A DNA stretch of 32,000 nt from Okeania sp. GTDB lineage: Bacteria; Cyanobacteriota; Cyanobacteriia; Cyanobacteriales; Microcoleaceae. Under the pieces are notes generated by a model. The model did no database searches and was not told the origin of the DNA. It saw only the letters and a program-made list of their open reading frames with translations. A program made the translations under genes and the position numbers. The stretch is from assembly GCF_035285525.1 (NCBI RefSeq), contig NZ_JAYKGW010000210.1:60001-92000 (forward strand). The letters run 5' to 3'. The first letter of the stretch is position 1; each line of letters begins with the position of its first letter. This document shows positions 23,915 through 30,698 of this stretch, one piece after another.

Positions 23915-26716
23915 CTACAACAAATCAACGCTCAAACGGTAGGAGGTACGAGCGCTACCTTGAGGATACACCCGCACAAAATAAGTTCCTTTGTCTAACC
24001 GCGTGACTATGCTTTCGGGGTCAGCTCCATCATTTTTGGATTGAAATATCAATACTTCCTCACTATCATACAAGTCAATGTTGGCATTTTTTAACAAGTC
24101 GTCTAAAACTAATACCAGAGTTCCTTCTCTGTCTGTGCGGAAACTGTAGAAGTCGTCGGTGTCGCGATCGCCTGCTTCGCTAAAACCAATTTTGTCACTT
24201 ACAATTTCTTCTCCGGTAATTTTCCCTAGGTTAACTGCTGTCTCGAAACTATCTCCTGGTTTGTCGCTACCTGCATCGTTATCTTTGATGGTACCAATAC
24301 CTCGTTTGTCTCCCAGTTTGGCATTTTTGGGTTTGCTGAGAGTAACTGTAAATTTCTCATCGTTTTCGTTGAGGGTGTCGCCTTTGATGGGAACGGTTAT
24401 TGTCTTTTTCTTTTGGTTGGGTTTGAAGGTGAGTTTGCCTGATGTTTCTATGTAGTCAGAACCTTCTTTGGCGGTTCCGTCAGCGGTGCCATAGTTTACT
24501 TGAACTTTTTTGTTAACTTTGGTGTTGAGGGTAATGTCGAATTTTAGTTGTTTTCTGCCTTTGTCGTTTTCGGTGATTTGAGCGTCGCTAATAGAAAGTT
24601 CGGGTTGGGTGTCATCGTTATCACGGATGGTGGCAATACCTCGTTTGTCTGAGAGTTTGGCGTTTTTGGGTTTGCTGAGGTTGATGTTAAATTTCTCGTT
24701 GTTTTCGTCTAGGGTGTCGCCTAGGATAGGAATGTTAATTGTTTTTTTGGTTTGTCCTGGTTTAAAGGTGAGAATACCGTTGGTTTTCTTATAGTCTTTT
24801 CCTGCTTTGGCAGTACCGTTGGCAGTTGTATAGTTTACTTTGACTGTTTCGCTGCTGGCGTTATCAAGGTTAACGGTGAACTTGGCGTTTTTCTTGCCTC
24901 GGTTGCCTTCGGTGATGGTGGTGTCGGAAATGGTTATGTTGGGTTCGGTTGTTGCTATTTCGCTGGTGTTGGTTAAAATGGAGATGGTATCCTCATCTAT
25001 GTTCGTTACAGCAATGTCTAGTTTGCCATCGTTATTAAAATCCTCTAGTACAACATCTATAGGTGCATCTCCCACCTGAAAATTAATTGCAGCACCAAAA
25101 TTTCCTTTTCCTTGTCCTGGCAATACAGAAATATTATCTGAATCTTTGTTAACTGCAACAATATCTTGCTTACCGTCGTTATTCAAATCTCCAATGGCGA
25201 CATCTTCTGGATTATCTCCTACTGAGAAGTTATTGGGAAAACCAAAACGCCCATCTCCAGTACCGAATATTACAGAAATATTGTCTGAGTTTTCTGTAGC
25301 CACCACAATATCGAGTTTCCTATCTCCATTCAAGTCTTTAGCCTCAATACCATTTGGTTCATCTCCTCCTGCTCCAAAGTTAGTAGGAAAACCAAAGCTA
25401 CCATCTCCATTTCCCAATAGCACTGAAACATTGTCTGATAAATAATTAGTTACCACAATATCAAGAAAAGGATCGCCGTTAAAATTTCCTACTGCTGGAA
25501 AACCAGGAGTATCAGCTCCCACCTGATAAGTAAGGCTTTGAGCAAAACTGCCATCCCCATTTCCCAAAAGTATTGAGACATCATCACTCACCGTATTTGC
25601 TGTGATTATGTCCAACTTGCGGTCTCGGTTCACATCTGCTAGCACTAAACCAAATGGGCGATCGCCTACACCAAATTCTGTAGGAGTACTAAATGCACCC
25701 CTACCATCCCCCAACAACACTGCCACAGTGTCATTCTCTAAGTTTGTTGTCGCGATATCTGGGTTGCTATCTTGGTTAAAATCACCAACTCCAACGTAAA
25801 CAGGTTTACCTCCTACTGTAAATGTAGGTGCAGTTAACGCTCCTCCTTTACCATCACCAAAAAATACTGATACGCTATTTGCTGACTCCCAATTGTTTGC
25901 TACTACAATATCCTGCTTCCCGTCTTTATCAAAATCTGCTGCTGCCATACCTAGAGGTTCATCACCTGTAGGGAAAGTCTTAGTCTCAAAAGTAAGTTCC
26001 GAACTTGCCTCTACTAAAACCGCACCATCAAAAATCCATACCTCATCATTCTCACTGCCCAACCGCTCAATTTCTGCATCGCTCAAACTGTACTCATTCA
26101 CCAACGCTGTGAAATATTCGCCCTCATCTCCCGAAACATCCGAATCATTGATCTCGAAGTCAATATAATGTCCTATTTCTTCCGTAATTACATCCACCAG
26201 AAGAGATTCAGTTTGCTGGGTTTCACTCGCAACCACAGGAAGAGTTTCACTCCAAACCACAGGAGAACTTTCAGTACCAATAACAGGTAGAGTTTCACTC
26301 GCAATCACAGAATTGGTTTCACTCTCAACAACAGAATCATAATTAATCAAACTATCCGCCAAATAAATCTGACCATTCTGAGAATCAAAACCACCCACAG
26401 CACCATTCATCTGTTCTGCTGACACAACAATTATCTGGGGCAAATCCTCGCCATTTGCCAAAGCATCAATAATTGTTTCCCCCAAATCAACATTAGCAGA
26501 CTCCCCAAAAACAGAAAACATATCCGTCTCAAAAATTGCAGAATCAGCAAAATCAGCCAAATTATTTTGAACTTCAATCAACGCCTCTTCAATTATTCCC
26601 ACTGCTTCCAATGGTTCCACTCCTACTTCCCCCTGAAAAATTATTGGTGCGACTGTATTCGTTGGCTCTAGTCCGAGGGCGGACGTGATATTCAGGGATT
26701 CCGTATCATTAGTCAT
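23915..26716 (-). CDS. Large extracellular-type protein: conserved N-terminal domain, 7 FG-GAP/VCBS repeats, 2 Calx-beta domains, C-terminal PPC (pre-peptidase C-terminal) domain
   Basis: 933-aa ORF. Seven repeats of the DxNxDGxxDIxxxN....D.VSVLLGNGDGSF type span aa ~255-585. Two ~110-aa Calx-beta-like units (VNYTTANGTAKAGKDY..., VNYGTADGTAKEGSDY...) span aa ~595-812. The C-terminal GDSFETAVNLG...DFYSF...GTYFVRVY matches a PPC domain. I see no obvious Sec signal peptide. Confidence 0.9.
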   Translation of the reverse strand: MTNDTESLNITSALGLEPTNTVAPIIFQGEVGVEPLEAVGIIEEALIEVQNNLADFADSAIFETDMFSVFGESANVDLGETIIDALANGEDLPQIIVVSAEQMNGAVGGFDSQNGQIYLADSLINYDSVVESETNSVIASETLPVIGTESSPVVWSETLPVVASETQQTESLLVDVITEEIGHYIDFEINDSDVSGDEGEYFTALVNEYSLSDAEIERLGSENDEVWIFDGAVLVEASSELTFETKTFPTGDEPLGMAAADFDKDGKQDIVVANNWESANSVSVFFGDGKGGALTAPTFTVGGKPVYVGVGDFNQDSNPDIATTNLENDTVAVLLGDGRGAFSTPTEFGVGDRPFGLVLADVNRDRKLDIITANTVSDDVSILLGNGDGSFAQSLTYQVGADTPGFPAVGNFNGDPFLDIVVTNYLSDNVSVLLGNGDGSFGFPTNFGAGGDEPNGIEAKDLNGDRKLDIVVATENSDNISVIFGTGDGRFGFPNNFSVGDNPEDVAIGDLNNDGKQDIVAVNKDSDNISVLPGQGKGNFGAAINFQVGDAPIDVVLEDFNNDGKLDIAVTNIDEDTISILTNTSEIATTEPNITISDTTITEGNRGKKNAKFTVNLDNASSETVKVNYTTANGTAKAGKDYKKTNGILTFKPGQTKKTINIPILGDTLDENNEKFNINLSKPKNAKLSDKRGIATIRDNDDTQPELSISDAQITENDKGRKQLKFDITLNTKVNKKVQVNYGTADGTAKEGSDYIETSGKLTFKPNQKKKTITVPIKGDTLNENDEKFTVTLSKPKNAKLGDKRGIGTIKDNDAGSDKPGDSFETAVNLGKITGEEIVSDKIGFSEAGDRDTDDFYSFRTDREGTLVLVLDDLLKNANIDLYDSEEVLIFQSKNDGADPESIVTRLDKGTYFVRVYPQGSARTSYRLSVDLL

Positions 26717-26845
26717 CGTTTTCTGGTGAACTTAGAATATGGCTTTATTAGGTTTTGATGCAAACTTTACACTAACCAAAATGTAATGTCAAGGGGTTTT
26801 GTGAAAATTTTTTATAGGGGTTAAAAGCCATTAATTTCTAAACGG

Positions 26846-27114
26846 TAGGGGCGGGTTTCTCAGTTAAGTTAATGACTCTCATCTATAAATTAAACAAACC
26901 CGCCCCCAATAGATTTATGGTAGGGGCGGGTTTATGTCAATCTGAGGGCGAGCCGGAAAATATCTGTTGAAACCCGCCCCTACAGTCTTTTCATCATTAG
27001 ATAAACCCGCGCCCAAACCAATAGTTATGAGGGCGGGTTTATGTCAATCTGAGGGTGAGCCGGAAAATATCTGTTGAAACCCGCCCCTACAGTCTTTTCA
27101 TCATTAGATAAACC
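26846..27114. repeat. Three tandem long-hairpin units (GGGGCGGGTTT ... AAACCCGCCCC); the last two form a ~106-bp-period near-identical duplication
   Basis: Units lie at about 26846-26906, 26925-27007 and 27031-27114. The second and third share GGGCGGGTTTATGTCAATCTGAGGG(C/T)GAGCCGGAAAATATCTGTTGAAACCCGCCCCTACAGTCTTTTCATCATTAGATAAACC. Confidence 0.9.
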
Positions 27115-27136
27115 ACATCACCATAACCAAAATATT

Positions 27137-27195
27137 GTAGGGACCTTGCATGCAACGTCCCTACTGTGATTTACTAAAATGAAAACCGCTGTAAT
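27137..27195. repeat. Second (inverted) copy of the palindrome-bearing 57-bp unit
   Basis: GTAGGGACCTTGCATGCAACGTCCCTACTGTGATTTACTAAAATGAAAACCGCTGTAA compared with the reverse complement of 5949-6005. Confidence 0.85.
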
Positions 27196-27460
27196 AGTTA
27201 GGAGGAATCAGAGTTATACAGGAGGTAGAAGTAAGAATTGTCTCTTAATTTTTCACCTCAAGTGTGAGCCTTGTCTGCTAACTTTTTTAACCTTTTGACC
27301 TAAAAAGAGACTTTTTCAGCAAGCCCTAATAAGTGCAGGAACGAAAATGTCAAGGAAAATCAAATATTTTTACAGACGACTAAAGTCGCACATTTGCTTT
27401 TCATCCATAGACTAAAACGACATATTTTTCAAGCTCTCGGACTCACCTGATAATTTTTAT

Positions 27461-27481
27461 TATCCATTATCCATTATCCAT
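27461..27481 (+). repeat. STRR-type heptamer array (TATCCAT x3), ending 2 nt before the start codon at 27484
   Basis: Read directly from the sequence: TATCCAT TATCCAT TATCCAT TA ATG. Confidence 0.9.
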
Positions 27482-27483
27482 TA

Positions 27484-28158
27484 ATGAAAAATCCTCATAT
27501 TTGGCTCCAAATATCTCTAGTCGGAGCATGGTTAGGAATAATTTTAATCCTGGCTGAAACACTCAACCGTTTTGCCAAAGTCAACCCAGAAGTATCGCGA
27601 AAAGTGGTTCATGTTGGCACAGGTAATGTAATACTATTAGCTTGGTGGTTAAAAATTCCAGCTTGGATAGGTATTACTGCCGGAATTATTTCCGGAGCGA
27701 TCGCTCTCATTTCTTACAAACTGCCTATTCTTCCCAGCGTTAATAGTGTAGGGCGCAAAAGTTTAGGAACATTTTTCTACGCAGTTAGTATAGGTATTCT
27801 CATCGGTTGGTTTTGGTCTATCGAACAACCTGAATATGCTGCCCTGGGAATATTAATTATGTCATGGGGCGATGGTTTAGCAGCAGTCATTGGTCAAAAT
27901 TTTGGCAAACATCCCTATCAAGTCTGGGGAATCAACAAAAGTTGGGAAGGTTCCCTAACAATGTGTTTAGTTAGTTATATTATTTGTTGTTTAATTTTGT
28001 TGGTAGTGCAAGGCAATATTTGGCAGACTTGGGTATTAGCTATTCCCGTAGCATTAGCTGCTACAGGTTTAGAAACATTATCAAAAATTGGTATAGATAA
28101 TTTGACCGTACCATTAGGTAGTGCTGCTCTTTGTTTCCTACTAAATCAATTTTTTTAA
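27484..28158 (+). CDS. Phytol kinase / polyprenol (dolichol) kinase family membrane protein (VTE5-like, CTP-dependent)
   Basis: 224-aa polytopic ORF. RKVVHVGTGN and SWGDGLAAVIGQNFGKH...W...KSWEGS match the cytidylyltransferase-family 1 / phytol kinase pattern as I recall it. Confidence 0.8.
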   Translation: MKNPHIWLQISLVGAWLGIILILAETLNRFAKVNPEVSRKVVHVGTGNVILLAWWLKIPAWIGITAGIISGAIALISYKLPILPSVNSVGRKSLGTFFYAVSIGILIGWFWSIEQPEYAALGILIMSWGDGLAAVIGQNFGKHPYQVWGINKSWEGSLTMCLVSYIICCLILLVVQGNIWQTWVLAIPVALAATGLETLSKIGIDNLTVPLGSAALCFLLNQFF

Positions 28159-28180
28159 CTTGATAGAAATGAAATTAAAT

Positions 28181-28208
28181 GTAGGGAGGTTAAAAATAAC
28201 TTCCCTAC
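28181..28208. terminator. Stem-loop between convergent genes (possible bidirectional terminator)
   Basis: GTAGGGAGG-TTAAAAATAA-CTTCCCTAC forms a 9-bp stem with one G:U pair. It lies 23 nt after the kinase stop. There is no clear U-tract, so the call is weak. Confidence 0.25.
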
Positions 28209-28235
28209 AATAATTATTGGATTAATTGAGACTTT

Positions 28236-29165
28236 TTATTTCTGATTTAAAAGGGCGAAAAAAAATTCCAGAGAATCAATTAAAACTGCTGTTTTAGTTA
28301 ACTGTTTTAGTGACTCAATATTGTCAATTTGATTAACAGCATCGACAATATTTGTAGGCACATTTTTAAACCTAGTTTCTAAAGCTTTTATGATTAATTA
28401 TTTAGTAGATTTAATTTCTCCTTCTACTAAACCAATCTATTCCCCTTTTTCTATACCAATCTATTCCCCTTTTTCTATACCAATCTCTTCAATGGAAGCA
28501 ACAAAAGGCATCTTTTTTTCCTCCTTATAATTATATACTTCTGTTTGAAATTGTCTTTTGAGTTCCTCTGGCAATATCATCATCAAGTCGATTAATCTGA
28601 ACAACTGAATTACCATTTATTTACTATAACCTCTCTCATATAGTAACCGCACTAGAGTCAACTTACTTTCTAGTCTAATGAGATAATTTTTTCGAGTTTC
28701 CTTACTTTTTAAGTAAGACATAATCACCACGGCAAATGGATTATTATTTTCTGCTAATAATTCCCAATTTTGCTCATAGTCTAATAGTTTAACTACGGGA
28801 AATTTTAGAGTTAATTGACAACCTTGGTATTTTTCAAACGATATTTATCATAAATGCGGTAATGATAAACATACATTCTTTCGGCAAAATCACTTTCATA
28901 TTGACCTTGAATTTTTGTATGAATCAAAATTACTGTTTCTTGGCTATTTTTGAGCAAAACTTTAACTAATTTATCAGCTAAACGTTTGCTCAAACTAGCA
29001 TCTTGAAAATTTTTTTTAAACTCTTTATCCAAAGCTTCATAACCTTTTTTCCAATCAATTTCTTAGTAAGCACGAGGAAAAAAGAAAGCCATAAATTCGG
29101 GAAAGTAAACATAATCATGCTTCTTTCCCAGGGCTATCATATTCTTCTGTAGTTTGTTGTTTCAT
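28236..29165 (-). pseudogene. Rpn-family/PD-(D/E)XK-like recombination-promoting nuclease (putative transposase, DUF4351-type C-terminus) relic
   Basis: The minus strand reads MKQQTTEEYDSPWKEA (frameshift) ...YGFLFSSCLLRN / MAFFFPRAY*EIDWKKGYEALDKEFKKNFQDASLSKRLADKLVKVLLKNSQETVILIHTKIQGQYESDFAERMYVYHYRIYDKY... (this part is the track ORF 28811-29032). It continues ...FPVVKLLDYEQNWELLAENNNPFAVVIMSYLKSKETRKN...LLYERGYSK*...LPEELKRQFQTEVYNYKEEKKMPFVASIEEIGIEKGE*... The family pattern DSPWKE...FMAFFFP...IDW...LDKEL...ADKLVKV...IHVEIQ...FAxRMYVYxYR is recalled from cyanobacterial homologues. There are multiple stops and frameshifts. Confidence 0.65.
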
Positions 29166-29583
29166 ATATAAAATAAAAGTTGCATTTTTCAAGTTATAAT
29201 TATTAATCATAAGTTGAAAAATTGTAAATTATCACCCCGTTATACTTATAGTTTATAGCCAGTTAAAATTGTTTATTTCTCAGATAATACTTGCTTGGGA
29301 AAAATTTTCTAGAGTTTAACCTTATCATAGACCTAAAAAGTAAGCATTTAGCAATAATATGTCGTAAGCATTCAGCTATTAGCACCTCAGCTATCAGCAA
29401 TAAAAAACTCTGTTTGAAGGAGGATATTTAAACGAATAAAGAAAGTGAAAACTGAATTTTGTAGTCAGAAAAATTTCTGATTTATCGGCAACTGTATCAT
29501 ACATCTTTTTTCTGAAAATAAAATCAATAGCTGAGTTCTAAATGCTGACAATATGTCAACTTTAGAAGAGGATATTCAGTAAT

Positions 29584-29632
29584 TATTAATTATTCATTAT
29601 TCATTATTCATTATTCATTATTCATTATCCAC
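29584..29632 (+). repeat. STRR-type heptamer array (TATTCAT x5, plus degenerate flanking units)
   Basis: Read directly from the sequence; the perfect units span 29591-29625. Confidence 0.9.
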
Positions 29633-29762
29633 ATATCCACACCAAAAGTTGTAGGGACGAATAGCCATTCGCTCCTACAACTTGTTTAGCCAAATAAAAG
29701 TTACTCTTAGTATCTTGTCCGCAAGTAGTCTACCTGACTTAAATAAAATCTGTTGTAATTAA

Positions 29763-29873
29763 TAGACATCTCCAGAAAAGAGGGAACACTTAACTGGGAA
29801 CAGGGAACAGGGAAAAAGAATTGATGATTTATGGATAATAATTGATTCTATTTTTTATTTTTGGAGATGTCTA
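29763..29873. mobile_element. MITE-like element, family C (second full copy)
   Basis: TAGACATCTCCAGAAAAGAGGGAACACTTAACTGGGAACAGGGAACAGGG...TTTTTGGAGATGTCTA. It has a 12-nt perfect TIR and matches 18334-18445. Confidence 0.85.
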
Positions 29874-30023
29874 ATAATTAAATAATATCAAATCCGCTTA
29901 ATTCAGTAGAAAAAAATGTTTTATTTTCAACCATTATCAAAACTCCCCACAACTCCCACCCTTCCTAAACTCTTTTTACACCGATACTACCGGACATAAT
30001 ATAATATGGGTTTAGAACTCGAT

Positions 30024-30179
30024 CTAGTCTGCATCTGCCCAACGGGAACCGTGATAAGGGTCTCCTTCAAAAGGATGCACACCAATCATTGGATACATAT
30101 CATCACTAGGACTAAAAATGCGACCAATAGCTTCAGAAATATAAACTATAGCTTCTTCTATTGATTTGAAAATATCCAT
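30024..30179 (-). CDS. Small hypothetical protein (51 aa)
   Basis: Below the ORF-track length cut-off. My translation is MDIFKSIEEAIVYISEAIGRIFSPSDDMYPMIGVHPFEGDPYHGSRWADAD*, preceded by AAGAGGTAAAGTTT ATG (AGAGG Shine-Dalgarno). It has non-repetitive, protein-like composition and is on the same strand as the upstream radical SAM gene. Confidence 0.4.
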   Translation of the reverse strand: MDIFKSIEEAIVYISEAIGRIFSPSDDMYPMIGVHPFEGDPYHGSRWADAD

Positions 30180-30500
30180 AAACTTTACCTCTTTTGTTAG
30201 CGATAAAACTTTTTTATTGACACTTTTACTCTAGCTTATTCTTACCTTACTTGCCTATAGTTGTAACATTTATTTGAAGCTCGTATTATTTAGTAATTAT
30301 TTTTAGAGGGATCGAGATAAAATGTAAACTTTTTAGGTTATTTATTTACAATAATTTACTAGAAAGCTATATGTTAGCTAAAGTTACTTTAATATCGTTC
30401 TAGATAAAAATTCACGAAAATTCTCACCTTACCTTAAAATTGTAGCACAACACATTGACTTAAAAAAATCATCTTTAGATAATCAACTATAAACAAAATC

Positions 30501-30549
30501 AGGATTTACGCAAGTGAACCTAGAAACCGGGTTTCTGTGCGCAAGTCCT
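30501..30549. mobile_element. Short family A MITE-like copy
   Basis: AGGATTTACGCAAGTGAACCTAGAAACCGGGTTTCTGTGCGCAAGTCCT: imperfect TIRs around the AGAAACCGGGTTTCT palindrome. Confidence 0.6.
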
Positions 30550-30642
30550 AAAAATATTTTTGTAGAGATGTTCAATGGAACACCCCTACAGCAGTCTACT
30601 CATCAAAAAAACACCATATTTACAGAAGTCGCAGCAAGAACT

Positions 30643-30698
30643 TAACCTCTAACCTCTAACCTCTAACTTCTGAGTTTTGACTTCTGACTTTTGAGTTC
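30643..30698. repeat. Two abutting STRR-type heptamer arrays: (TAACCTC)x3 + TAACTTC, then TGAGTTT TGACTTC TGACTTT TGAGTTC
   Basis: Read directly from the sequence. The arrays overlap the stop codon and the last ~16 codons of the radical SAM CDS. Confidence 0.9.

Noticed and set aside
24159-26168. Eight plus-strand ORFs inside the 933-aa gene
   Set aside because: They are antisense shadows of a repeat-rich CDS. Their Ser/Pro/Leu-rich translations mirror the Asp/Gly/Asn-rich sense frame.
26846-27114. Possible CRISPR array (also considered for the dispersed GTAGGG...CCCTAC palindromes)
   Set aside because: There are only 2-3 units. The supposed spacers are themselves duplicated, the repeat units are long hairpins rather than 28-37-nt direct repeats with unique spacers, and no cas genes are present. 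The other palindromes are dispersed, not arrayed.
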